Shown one piece after another: positions 1 to 8,693 of a stretch of 64,000 nucleotides of DNA. The stretch spans positions 1,945,859 to 2,009,858 of the forward strand of contig CBDFLI010000002.1 of NCBI GenBank assembly GCA_965249115.1, written 5' to 3'. Made by a program: the position numbers and the translations under genes. Position 1 is the stretch's first letter; the number at the start of each line of letters is the position of its first letter. This DNA comes from Dehalococcoidia bacterium. GTDB lineage: Bacteria; Chloroflexota; Dehalococcoidia; Lucifugimonadales; QGNO01. Below the pieces are notes generated by a model that saw only the letters and a program-made list of their open reading frames with translations, searched no databases and had not been told where the DNA came from.

Positions 1-236
1 GGATGTCGATCTCGCGTTCTCTGACCTGGGGTCAGTCGGGAGCCGTGATAGTGCTGATCCAGAGTGGGGCCTTGCGAGAATGTCTCGCCATGCCTCTTCA
101 TCTCTGACATTTGTTTCGAGTGGTGGCAATGGACGTAGCTCCGCGATCCACAAATTTTGAGGTGCCCAATTCTAGCCTGTCAGTGTTGGCTGTCAAGCTG
201 AACTTGGTGACAGGCCAGATGCGGACCGTGCTTTGT

Positions 237-944
237 CTAGTATTCTACTCGGTCACCTTCTGAAAATACTCGCTTGCCCAGTCTCCCCCGAAGGGTTACG
301 CTACCTTGACCGCTAACTACGGAGACATTCTTTGATAGGATCAGCGCGGTATAGCTATCAATGCCAACCATCGTTGGCCTATTGAAATTAACGATACGAA
401 AAATACGGGCAAACCATGTGGAAATCTGGTCGTAATGAGGAATTATCGTTGTTCCCGGTATCTTGTTGAACCCACGCCTCCATGGCCAGGGTGGCGGAAG
501 GAAACTCGGGATCTGCTCTCCCCAGATCATGGCGCCTGCGCTGCACCCGGCGACTACACCGCCTTTATTCAGTACACCCTCGATTGACTCTAAAGATTTC
601 GTTCCGACCAGCGTGCGATACAGATAATGGGGGTCACCCCCAGACAGGTAAACGAAGTTTGCAGTAGCAATACGCTCAGCATGAAGCGAATCCATAGCGG
701 AAGCTCTGTCGATCACCTCAACTGCCTCCGCCCTTGCCCCTAAGCTAGCGAAGTGGTCCGTCCCGAGATTGGACCAGTAGGAGATACTGGCTGAGCCTTC
801 TTTGCCAGCCGCCGTTGGCATGCACACCACGGATGGCTCGCCAGGAGTACGTTCAAGCAACTGCCTGTCAATGTCGTCCATCCCGGGCAGGTACTCGCCA
901 GCTCCGACCAGCGCCAGAGTCCCATTCCTGGGCCCCAGGATCAA
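237..944 (-). CDS. Peptidase S51 family protein (cyanophycinase / dipeptidase E-like)
   Basis: 235-aa ORF. The 'FVYLSGGDPHYL' and 'VVAGCSAGAMIWG' blocks resemble the GG(N/D) and G-x-SAGA nucleophile region of S51 peptidases. Confidence 0.6.
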   Translation of the reverse strand: MILGPRNGTLALVGAGEYLPGMDDIDRQLLERTPGEPSVVCMPTAAGKEGSASISYWSNLGTDHFASLGARAEAVEVIDRASAMDSLHAERIATANFVYLSGGDPHYLYRTLVGTKSLESIEGVLNKGGVVAGCSAGAMIWGEQIPSFLPPPWPWRRGFNKIPGTTIIPHYDQISTWFARIFRIVNFNRPTMVGIDSYTALILSKNVSVVSGQGSVTLRGRLGKRVFSEGDRVEY

Positions 945-1061
945 TTTGAGATCCTCTCACTCATCAGAAAAATCAACCTGTGTTGACAATCAAACTTGCT
1001 TTGGGAGCCGCTGTCAAGCTCTTAGACTCTGCCTCGTCACATATGACTGTGGCAAAAAACC

Positions 1062-1214
1062 CTAGGTCATAGTGACGGTAAAAATTCCCACGAGAACTAG
1101 AGCAACACTTAGAGCAAGCAGTATCTTGAAGCTCTGCCCTGAGACCCGACGCCTGGCAAGAACAAATAGAGCTGGGAGACTCACAATACTGCCAATCAGG
1201 AATACCCACTCCAT
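1062..1214 (-). CDS. Small hydrophobic protein, 50 aa (below ORF-track cutoff)
   Basis: ATG preceded by GGAG about 9 nt upstream. Translation MEWVFLIGSIVSLPALFVLARRRVSGQSFKILLALSVALVLVGIFTVTMT gives two hydrophobic helices split by a basic loop. Confidence 0.3.
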   Translation of the reverse strand: MEWVFLIGSIVSLPALFVLARRRVSGQSFKILLALSVALVLVGIFTVTMT

Positions 1215-1227
1215 CCTTGTTTCTCCG

Positions 1228-1368
1228 TTACTGCCTTCGCATTCGGATGTACTCGGCGACGAACGCCGTTACGCCTATCAGGATAATCACCAAGCTGACG
1301 TTCACGTCAACGCTATTGCTGAGGGAGAGGACCGCGCCTGCAAACAATAGGAGTACCGAGCTAAACAC
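1228..1368 (-). CDS. Possible small hydrophobic protein, 46 aa (GTG start, weak RBS)
   Basis: Translation VFSSVLLLFAGAVLSLSNSVDVNVSLVIILIGVTAFVAEYIRMRRQ has two hydrophobic stretches. There is no convincing Shine-Dalgarno at proper spacing. Confidence 0.2.
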   Translation of the reverse strand: MFSSVLLLFAGAVLSLSNSVDVNVSLVIILIGVTAFVAEYIRMRRQ

Positions 1369-1421
1369 TCGTACATGGGAATTCGTTATCTTTCTCCTTC
1401 TAGACTGGCTAGCACCTAGAC

Positions 1422-1649
1422 CTATTGATGGGGTTCACGACTGGTCTCGCCGTGACGCCGTTCGTAGTGCTCACGGTAAAGCGGAATAATCGTGCAACAC
1501 CACCAATACCAGTCGCGGCTGCCGGGTTTGCCAGACGTCCCGGCCATAAGAAGCGCGACTCCGAACACAACGAGCACGAGTGGCCACAAGCTAATTCCGA
1601 GCAGTGCTCCTAATCCGATGACAATCAGCAACAACCCCCAAAACGCCAT
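1422..1649 (-). CDS. Small membrane protein, 75 aa
   Basis: ORF-track ORF. The N-terminal 40 aa form two hydrophobic helices (FWGLLLIVIGLGALLGISLWPLVLVVFGVALLMAG). The overlapping plus-strand ORF is hydrophilic, as expected for an antisense frame. Confidence 0.4.
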   Translation of the reverse strand: MAFWGLLLIVIGLGALLGISLWPLVLVVFGVALLMAGTSGKPGSRDWYWWCCTIIPLYREHYERRHGETSREPHQ

Positions 1650-1830
1650 ATCGTCCTCCTCTGCGGGTTGTAATGTCTCAACCTATCGAGGACAGTCCGT
1701 CCTGACCAGGGAACCCGTTGTAAATGCAATTCAGGATTACCCATTGGCAGTGATGCTTACTCAAACCGCAGCGCCTCTGCGGGATACACCTTGGCCGCCT
1801 GCCTGGCTGGCAGATAGGTGGTGAGGAGCG

Positions 1831-2373
1831 ATGCCACATACGCAACCACTACGACCACAGCGACACCCGGCGGAGGTACCGGGCCACCTTACCAGCGCAA
1901 AGAACCTGGGCAGGGAGAGTCTTCAGGAGGCAAGAAGGTCTGTGTGGGGACTGCTGCCAGGTGCTCTGGAACACCGGCCCCTGGAAGGAGCGTTGGAGGA
2001 CGAGGTTGGCCGGTTCGGTGCGGCGGGCCAGGAAGAGGCGTCGTTTCACCTACAGGGTGACCGAGTGGACTTATCACCAACCGCCCAGGCGGCGCTACTC
2101 CGCATTTGCCAGGAAGCCCTTACCAATGTAAAAAGGCATGCCAAAGCCAAAGAGGTATCGGTAACACTGGCGTATCGGCCAGAATCGGTTAGCCTTACGA
2201 TACAGGACAACGGTTCCGGTTTCGACCCTGGCACGGCTAAAGAAGCTGGAGGCCAAGGTGGTTTCGGTCTGGAGGGAATGGAACAGCGCGCCAGACTCCT
2301 AGAAGGGACTTTTGTCGTAAACAGCAATATTGGTGAGGGAACAACCATAGAGGTGACCATCCCCGCAGCCTAA
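1831..2373 (+). pseudogene. Sensor histidine kinase C-terminal fragment (second DHp helix of HisKA_3 type plus HATPase_c), with no sensor or H-box
   Basis: N-box-like 'EALTNVKRHA', 'IQDNGSGFDP' (G1) and 'GFGLEGMEQRA' (G2) are present. Upstream the same frame is closed by TGA at 1822-1824, and no phospho-acceptor His motif is present. Confidence 0.65.
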
Positions 2374-2398
2374 GACAAAAAGCAACGCTTATACCAGT

Positions 2399-3061
2399 GT
2401 GAAGGGGTATCGTGAATTGGAAAAGGTAAAAGTTCTGATAGTGGATGACCATGCAGTGGTGCGGGACGGCCTTTCCACCATGCTGGGCAGGCAGAAAGAC
2501 ATTGCGGTGGTTGGGCAAGCCTCCAACGGGTTGGAAGCTGTACAAAAGGTAAGAGAACTGCTACCAGACATCGTTCTAATGGACCTGCGGATGCCGGAAC
2601 TCGACGGCGTTGGGGCGATGCGCCAGATTCGCGCCGAGAACGATGACGTGAAGTTCCTGGTCCTCACCACCTACGACAGCGACGAGTACATATTTGACGC
2701 TATTGAGGCCGGAGCCAAGGGCTACCTGCTCAAGGACACCTCTCGGGAAGACCTGTTCAAGGCGGTCCATTCCGTCCATCAAGGTGAGTCGCTGATTCAG
2801 CCCGGGGTCGCCGCAAAGCTGTTGGACCGGTTCGCGCAACTCTCGCGTCAAACCACTCCAGCCAGCCTGCTGTCCGAGCGGGAGGTCGAGGTCCTACAGC
2901 TGATGGCCAAAGGTAGCGGGAACAAGGAGATCGCCTCTCAGCTGACCATAAGCGAGAGCACGGTGAAAACGCATGTAGCTAACATCTTCCAGAAACTGGA
3001 AGTTGGTGGTCGGACAGATGCCGTTACCCAGGCACTCCAGAAAGGCATCATCAAGCTGTAG
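2399..3061 (+). CDS. Response regulator, NarL/FixJ family (REC + LuxR-type HTH)
   Basis: REC motifs 'VLIVDDH' and 'DIVLMDLRMPELDG' and 'LVLTTY', then 'LSEREVEVLQLMAKGSGNKEIASQLTISESTVKTHV' LuxR-type HTH. The exact start is uncertain. Confidence 0.9.
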   Translation: MKGYRELEKVKVLIVDDHAVVRDGLSTMLGRQKDIAVVGQASNGLEAVQKVRELLPDIVLMDLRMPELDGVGAMRQIRAENDDVKFLVLTTYDSDEYIFDAIEAGAKGYLLKDTSREDLFKAVHSVHQGESLIQPGVAAKLLDRFAQLSRQTTPASLLSEREVEVLQLMAKGSGNKEIASQLTISESTVKTHVANIFQKLEVGGRTDAVTQALQKGIIKL

Positions 3062-3140
3062 CCTTCAATAGTGATTCCTGTGGGTATGTGATGCTGGACT
3101 GCCGTTCATAAAACTCCGAAGGACTACCATCGTATCGGCA

Positions 3141-3170
3141 AAAGGGCTGACCTAAAAGTCAGCCCTTTTA
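3141..3170 (+). terminator. Rho-independent terminator after the response regulator
   Basis: Perfect 11-bp stem AAAGGGCTGAC / GTCAGCCCTTT with a 6-nt loop, followed by TTA. Confidence 0.6.
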
Positions 3171-3269
3171 CTTACCCAAAATCAGCAACTCCACCGATTA
3201 CTGTGGGCTCGTCCCTCATTACTCTTGTAGCTGAGAATAACGAGGCAGTCGTCTCAAGGACTTACCGAC

Positions 3270-3920
3270 ATGAATGCCACATCTACGGCCACAAGACCCA
3301 TCGCAAGCTCGCCGCCCAGGCTGGGCCTGGAAAAGGCGATCTCGCGGCCGCTGCCAGGCTCCACGACACTGCACCTGTGGGAGCGTGTCCAAGGTGTTCC
3401 CAGGCGCCGATGGATTGCGATGCTGGTCCTGCTGGCGGTGGCATCCGTAGCCATCATCGGCGTCAGCCAGGGAGCGCGCCAGGCGGGCTACCTGGGAGTG
3501 TTCGCATTCAGCGTAATAGCTAACGCCACACTGTTCATTCCTTCCGGTAGAGGGGCCGTCATGCTGGCAGGGGCCTTCGTCCTTAACCCTCTGGCCGTGG
3601 CCGTGCTGACCGGCGTAGGTGGAGCGGTGGGTGAAATGACAGGGTACGCCGTGGGTCGCTCGTCCCGCAGGGTAAACACGAGATGGCGCCTGCCGGCATG
3701 GTTCACCCGCAGCGCGGAGAACCATATGGCTGCCACCATCCTGGTTGTCTCAATCATCCCCAACCCCTTCGTGGACGCCATCGGCATCGTTGCGGGACGG
3801 ATCGGCTACCCGTTGCGTCTGTTCCTGGCCTACTCCATGATTGGCAAGGTGATTCAGTCCATCGTTTTCGTCTACGTGGCCATCTGGAACGTGTCGCTGG
3901 TGATGTCATGGATAGCCTGA
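3270..3920 (+). CDS. DedA / VTT (SNARE-associated) family membrane protein
   Basis: Multi-TM ORF. 'GYLGVFAFSVIANATLFIPSG...GGAVGEMTGYAVGRS' resembles the DedA core. The N-terminal roughly 50 aa may not be translated (alternative internal start). Confidence 0.55.
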   Translation: MNATSTATRPIASSPPRLGLEKAISRPLPGSTTLHLWERVQGVPRRRWIAMLVLLAVASVAIIGVSQGARQAGYLGVFAFSVIANATLFIPSGRGAVMLAGAFVLNPLAVAVLTGVGGAVGEMTGYAVGRSSRRVNTRWRLPAWFTRSAENHMAATILVVSIIPNPFVDAIGIVAGRIGYPLRLFLAYSMIGKVIQSIVFVYVAIWNVSLVMSWIA

Positions 3921-4343
3921 GTTCCGCTACCAGGAGTGCGAAAGCAACCGACGAAAGGACGGATTCATTGAAGAGAATCAGTGTATTGATTGCTGACGAT
4001 AGCGATGCGGCAGCGGATGGCCTGCGAAGCATGCTTGACCGTCAACGGGACATAGAGGTCGTTGGAGTCGTTAGGGACGGTGTTGAAGCAATATCTGCGT
4101 CTGAACGGTTGCAACCCAATCTGATACTGATGGATGCCCAGATGCCTGAGATGGACGGGATCCAGGCCAGCCGGGATCAAGAAACGGTGGCCTCATATCC
4201 AGGTCCTATTCATGGCTGTGCATCCAGCTCACGCTCAGCCGGCGCTGTCGGCGGGCGTAGACAGCTACATCATGAAGGACAGTGGAAGCCCCGAGCTGTT
4301 GAAGGCGATCAGAAATTTAGGCCGCCTCTCACGAAATCTATGA
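3908..4343 (+). pseudogene. Stand-alone receiver-domain response regulator, frameshifted
   Basis: 'ISVLIADDSDAAADGLRSML...NLILMDAQMPEMDGIQASR' is in one frame and 'IKKRWPHIQVLFMAVHPAHAQPALSAGVDSYIMKDSGSPELLKAIRNL' in the next. The junction lies near 4171-4176. Confidence 0.65.
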
Positions 4344-4413
4344 ACTAATGAGTAGCCTCAGGCTTTGCTCACAATATTTAGGAATGGCTGAAAAATAGTA
4401 TTGGAGGTTAGAC

Positions 4414-4659
4414 ATGGACTGGACTTCGGTTATTCAACTGACTTTGGCCTTAGTAGGTGCAGCACTTATCGTGGGTGGCATAGTCGCATATCGCGGGAGC
4501 ACGAGGACTGGTGCCCGGGCTTTCAGTTCTTCTGCTATTGCGGCCGGAGTCGTCATGTGGGTCGTGGTCCTGGTCACCGTCCCAGTATCCGTTGCCGGTG
4601 AAGAGCCTACAGACCCGATCATCGAAGGGGTAGAAGCGTCGGCAAAGTTGGAGCAGTAG
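4414..4659 (+). CDS. Small membrane protein, 81 aa (two predicted TM helices)
   Basis: GGAGG lies 6 nt upstream of the ATG. Two hydrophobic segments are followed by an acidic tail. Confidence 0.45.
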   Translation: MDWTSVIQLTLALVGAALIVGGIVAYRGSTRTGARAFSSSAIAAGVVMWVVVLVTVPVSVAGEEPTDPIIEGVEASAKLEQ

Positions 4660-4911
4660 ACATGCTGATCACAGTTCCTTACCGTCTCCCAGTCGAACCG
4701 TGAAATGGCTTCATCGGCCTCGTCCAGCAACCGCCTCCCAAGCTGAAGGCGATGTGATTGTGCGCCAGGGTGGGAGAGAGTCAAGCTAAAAGTTGCCAGA
4801 AGGCCAGAAAGGGCAAGTGGCTTTGGTAGTAGGGTAATGTGGATCAATTTACCCCGTCAGCCACGTCCCGCCTGAGTGGATTTCGTCGCATAACGCTGAA
4901 ATGACACGTGC

Positions 4912-4940
4912 TTGACTTGCATATTTGGCGCTGGTATGTT
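4912..4940 (+). promoter_or_regulatory. Candidate sigma70-type promoter for the acyl-CoA cluster
   Basis: TTGACT (4912-4917), 17-nt spacer, TATGTT (4935-4940), about 160 nt upstream of the crotonase start. Confidence 0.4.
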
Positions 4941-5006
4941 TCAACCGTCCCAAACCACGTGAATGCAGGCGGATTCTTTACGACGGCCGCCGGCGTTCCT
5001 TACCAT

Positions 5007-5036
5007 CAAATAAGGCGTATCTGGCAAATAAGGCGT
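5007..5036 (+). promoter_or_regulatory. 12-bp direct repeat CAAATAAGGCGT x2 (candidate operator)
   Basis: Identical 12-mers at 5007-5018 and 5025-5036 (18-bp period), between the candidate promoter and the crotonase start. Confidence 0.35.
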
Positions 5037-5100
5037 GTCCAGCCTGCTGACGGGTAGACCACAAACCAATAAAGGGACATGCACGGGGAGGAGGATCGAA

Positions 5101-6018
5101 ATGGCAGTAGCGGCCAAGAAGACCACCTACGAGAAGAAAAACGGTATCGCCTACCTGACCATCAACAATCCGGAAAAGGCCAACGTGATGGATGACCAGG
5201 TAATTGAGGAGATGGGGGAAGAGTACAAGGACTTCTGGGATGACCGGGACATGCGGTGCATGATCATAACCGGCATCGGTGACCGCCACTTCTCCGCCGG
5301 CCACCACATCCAACCGCCGCCCCCCGGCATGACCTATGAGGATGTCCGTCAGGACCGCATAGACCAGTTCATATGGCCGCCTGCCATGTCAGTCAACGGA
5401 CGCCGTCCATCGGTGGACCCACGCAGCGGGCATGACTTCCCTCAGATATGGAAACCCGTCATCGCCGCCGTCAATGGTTGGGCCGCCGGCGCCGGTCTGT
5501 ACACACTCCTGACCACCACCGACATCCGCATCGGCTGCGCCGAGCATGCCCGTTTCTACTTTGCCCTCCTGTCCAACAGAGGTGGCATAGGTAGTGGGCC
5601 AACGGCAACCCGGCTGATACGGCAGATACCATACGTCCACGCCATGAAGATGCTCCTGAGCGACGAGCCGCTCAACGCTGACGAGGCAGCCCGCATCAGC
5701 CTCATCAATGAAGCCGTCCCCCACGACCAGTTGATGTCGCGCTGTGAGGAGATCGCGGATCGCATCTGCCAGATGCCTCCCGTAGCCGTCAGGTTCATGA
5801 AGGAGTTCCTGGTGCGCGGCCAGGACATGAACGTTGAACAGGCATGGCACATGCAGTGGGTATTCAACCACCTGGTGGGCCAGCACTCCACCGACAGTGA
5901 CGATGCCACGCCGGCCTTCCTGGAGAAGCGTGAGCGAAAAGTCTCGGGGGCCGTACGCGGCAGCAAAGTAGGCAAGCGCACAAAGGAAGGATTCCTGCCT
6001 TACGACAGATTTGGTTAG
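5101..6018 (+). CDS. Enoyl-CoA hydratase/isomerase (crotonase) family protein, paralog A1
   Basis: 'IAYLTINNPEKANVMD' and 'NGWAAGAGLYTLLTTTDIRI' show the crotonase fold. GGAGGAGG lies upstream of the ATG at 5101. The ORF-track start at 5035 is probably too long. Confidence 0.85.
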   Translation: MAVAAKKTTYEKKNGIAYLTINNPEKANVMDDQVIEEMGEEYKDFWDDRDMRCMIITGIGDRHFSAGHHIQPPPPGMTYEDVRQDRIDQFIWPPAMSVNGRRPSVDPRSGHDFPQIWKPVIAAVNGWAAGAGLYTLLTTTDIRIGCAEHARFYFALLSNRGGIGSGPTATRLIRQIPYVHAMKMLLSDEPLNADEAARISLINEAVPHDQLMSRCEEIADRICQMPPVAVRFMKEFLVRGQDMNVEQAWHMQWVFNHLVGQHSTDSDDATPAFLEKRERKVSGAVRGSKVGKRTKEGFLPYDRFG

Positions 6019-6065
6019 AGAGGACGCCCCGTGCTTCAAACGCGCACCTACGTGGGGCGGAGGGA

Positions 6066-7421
6066 ATGTACCCAATGGACGGACCGCTTTCCGGAGTTAG
6101 AATAATCGACTCGACCACCGTGTTAGCCATGCCCACAGCCATGTACATCATGGCGGACATGGGTGCAGAGGTAGTAAAGGTGGAGAGCCACACCAGAGGG
6201 AGAGGAGGCGGAGGCCAGGTAAACTACGCCGACAACGCGGTGCCCTCCGAGCAGCACTGGAACAAGGACGGCAGCTTTCACGCACTCCACCGGAGCAAAC
6301 TGGGCATAACCCTGGACTACAAGGTCCCGGATGCCGTCGAGGCGTTCAAAGACCTGGTGCGCGTCAGCGACGTACTGGCGGAGAACAACCGACCGGGCAC
6401 TATGGAGCGGTTGGGCCTGGGCTACGATGAACTCCGCAAGATAAAGCCGGACCTGGTCTACTTCTCCTTCAGCGGATTCGGTTACACGGGTCCCTGGAGG
6501 GACTACCAGGGGATAGGCAGGATGTTTGAGCTGACCTGCGGTGTCAGCCAGTTCACCGGCTACCCTGACGAAGGTCCCCGGCGCGTTGGCTCCGCCTGGT
6601 TCGACCCTCCCAACGGCTGGATGGCCGTATTCGCCATCATGGCTGCCCTTCACTACCGTCAGAGGACCGGCAAGGGCCAGTGGATTGACCACTCCATGTA
6701 CCAGATGGGCGTATCCACAGTGGGTGACGCCCTCCTTGACTATATCTCCAACGGGCGCAACGGCCGGCTCATGGGCAACCGCCATCCTTATTACGCTCCG
6801 CACGGCGCTTACCAGTGCAAGGGTGACGACAACTGGATCGCCATCGCCGTTGAAAACGACAAACAGTGGGAATCGCTGTGCCGCGTCATGGGTGACCCCT
6901 CTTGGACCGGGGATGACCGATTCGCCGACCCCATTCAGCGGTGGCACCACCAGGACGACCTGGACGGCCACATATCCGACTGGACGAAGACCCACGACCA
7001 CATCCAGCTAATGCATACGCTTCGGGACGCCGGTGTACCCGCGGGTGCCGTATTGAACCCCAAACAGCTCCTCACCGACCCGGACATCAAAGAGCGTAGC
7101 TTCTTTGAGCACGTTACGTTTCCACCGGAGTCCGGTGTCGGTACCCGCACCTTCATCGGCAGACCCTGGGAGATGTCCAGGTCGCCTAGCTACATACGCT
7201 CTCCTGCACCGGACCTGGGCGGTGATAACGACCGTGTGCTGGGGCAGTTGCTGGGCCGTGACAAAGAAGAGGTCGCCAGGCTTTACGAGATAGGCGCGCT
7301 GGGCAAGGAGCCAAAGCCTGTGCCCAAGCCGCCGCCGGCTCAGGACCTGGATCAGGATGTGAGCGATGGTCTCCTGGCCGGCTATGACGCCGACTACAAA
7401 AAAGTACTGGGGGTTGGATGA
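6066..7421 (+). CDS. CoA-transferase family III (CaiB/BaiF-like)
   Basis: 'PLSGVRIIDSTTVLAMPTAMYIMADMGAEVVKVE' N-terminal signature and 'YFSFSGFGYTGPWRDYQG' are consistent with family III. Confidence 0.85.
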   Translation: MYPMDGPLSGVRIIDSTTVLAMPTAMYIMADMGAEVVKVESHTRGRGGGGQVNYADNAVPSEQHWNKDGSFHALHRSKLGITLDYKVPDAVEAFKDLVRVSDVLAENNRPGTMERLGLGYDELRKIKPDLVYFSFSGFGYTGPWRDYQGIGRMFELTCGVSQFTGYPDEGPRRVGSAWFDPPNGWMAVFAIMAALHYRQRTGKGQWIDHSMYQMGVSTVGDALLDYISNGRNGRLMGNRHPYYAPHGAYQCKGDDNWIAIAVENDKQWESLCRVMGDPSWTGDDRFADPIQRWHHQDDLDGHISDWTKTHDHIQLMHTLRDAGVPAGAVLNPKQLLTDPDIKERSFFEHVTFPPESGVGTRTFIGRPWEMSRSPSYIRSPAPDLGGDNDRVLGQLLGRDKEEVARLYEIGALGKEPKPVPKPPPAQDLDQDVSDGLLAGYDADYKKVLGVG

Positions 7422-7422
7422 G

Positions 7423-8649
7423 ATGGCTGAAACGGCCCTTGACCAGTTCCGCGTCATAGACCTGAGCAGCCAGGTCCCCGGCCCCTTTTGCTCAAAGCTG
7501 TTCGCAGACCACGGAGCGGACGTGATCAAGGTGGAGCCGCCTGGTGTAGGCGACATAGCCAGGACCATCGGCCCGTTTCATGAGGATGATCCGCACCCGG
7601 AGAAAAGCCTCACCTTCTTCTACCTCAATAGCAACAAACGGAGCGTCACCCTGAACCTGGAGTCCGCCGCCGGCCGGGACATCCTGAAGTCGCTGGTTGA
7701 AAAGGCGGACGCCCTCATAGAGAGCTATCCACCCGGGTACATGGACCGGTTGGGCCTTGGGTTTCCGGCGCTGGAGAAAATCAACCCCCGGCTTGTTATG
7801 ACCTCCATAACACCTTTTGGACAGACGGGCCCATATCGTGACGCCCCCGGCAACGACCTTATCTACGAGGCGATGGGCGGCATAATGTACGTCAGCGGCG
7901 CCTACGATCGGGAACCCCTGAAGCACGGTCACCCTCAGAGCCTGTATATCGGCGGCATCACTGCGGCATACGCAACCTCCGCCGCCATGTTCGCCAGGAC
8001 GTTCTTGGGACAGGGCCAGCACGTTGACCTCTCGTTGCGGGAGGTGGTGGCCGCCCATCACCACAGCACGCCCGTCAGGTACAGCTTCGTGGGGGGCATC
8101 GAGAGACGCGCGCCCAAGGTTGAGGCCGGCTCTCCCAAGGGCGGAGCACACTTTGAGGGGATCGTTCCGGTCAAAGACGGGTACGTTGGCGCAACGTTTC
8201 AAAGGGGCGTGTCTCGTGATTCCCTTTCGGAGTACGTCAAAATGCTCGGTCACCCGGAACTGCAAGACCCGGACTTCACCACCCCCATCCTCCAGGGAAG
8301 ACTACCCGAAGACAAGGACCAGATGCTTCTTTCCCTGCTGAAAGAGTGGAACAAGTACGATTATTTCAATACCGCGGGGTCCAACAGCTGGGTCGCCGCC
8401 GTCGTTCAGACCTCGGAAGACCTGGTAAACAATACTCACCTGGACGCCCGGGGATATTTCACAGAGGTTGACCACCCGGTCATAGGCAAGATAAAAATGC
8501 CCGGAGAGATATTCAGGCTCACCGAAAGCCCTTGGAGCCTGCGTCGCCCCGCGCCGCTGCTGGGGCAGCACAACCAGGAGGTCTATTGCGGAGAGTTGGG
8601 CTTCACCAGCCAGGACGTCGTCCTTCTCCGCCAGCAGGGAGTGATCTAG
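7423..8649 (+). CDS. CoA-transferase family III (CaiB/BaiF-like), second tandem copy
   Basis: 'FRVIDLSSQVPGPFCSKLFADHGADVIKVEPP' and 'ITPFGQTGPYRD'. The ATG at 7423 lies 1 nt after the upstream stop. Confidence 0.85.
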   Translation: MAETALDQFRVIDLSSQVPGPFCSKLFADHGADVIKVEPPGVGDIARTIGPFHEDDPHPEKSLTFFYLNSNKRSVTLNLESAAGRDILKSLVEKADALIESYPPGYMDRLGLGFPALEKINPRLVMTSITPFGQTGPYRDAPGNDLIYEAMGGIMYVSGAYDREPLKHGHPQSLYIGGITAAYATSAAMFARTFLGQGQHVDLSLREVVAAHHHSTPVRYSFVGGIERRAPKVEAGSPKGGAHFEGIVPVKDGYVGATFQRGVSRDSLSEYVKMLGHPELQDPDFTTPILQGRLPEDKDQMLLSLLKEWNKYDYFNTAGSNSWVAAVVQTSEDLVNNTHLDARGYFTEVDHPVIGKIKMPGEIFRLTESPWSLRRPAPLLGQHNQEVYCGELGFTSQDVVLLRQQGVI

Positions 8650-8693
8650 CGACCCATCAAAACGGCCAACAGTTTAAGTAAAGGGAGGCAGCT

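Noticed and set aside
2-163. Open plus-strand frame running in from the left window edge (…DVDLAFSDLGSVGSRDSADPEW…IHKF*)
   Set aside because: It is only about 53 codons, has no recognisable motif and has no visible start. It could be the 3' end of an upstream gene, but that cannot be supported.
4434-4847. 137-aa minus-strand ORF overlapping the 81-aa membrane-protein gene
   Set aside because: It has no motif and no RBS, and it overlaps a plus-strand ORF that has a strong GGAGG RBS. The non-overlapping part (4660-4847) might be a relic, but I cannot support it.
6123-7001. 292-aa minus-strand ORF
   Set aside because: It lies entirely antisense to the family III CoA-transferase gene. It has no motifs and a Val/Gly/His-rich mirror composition.
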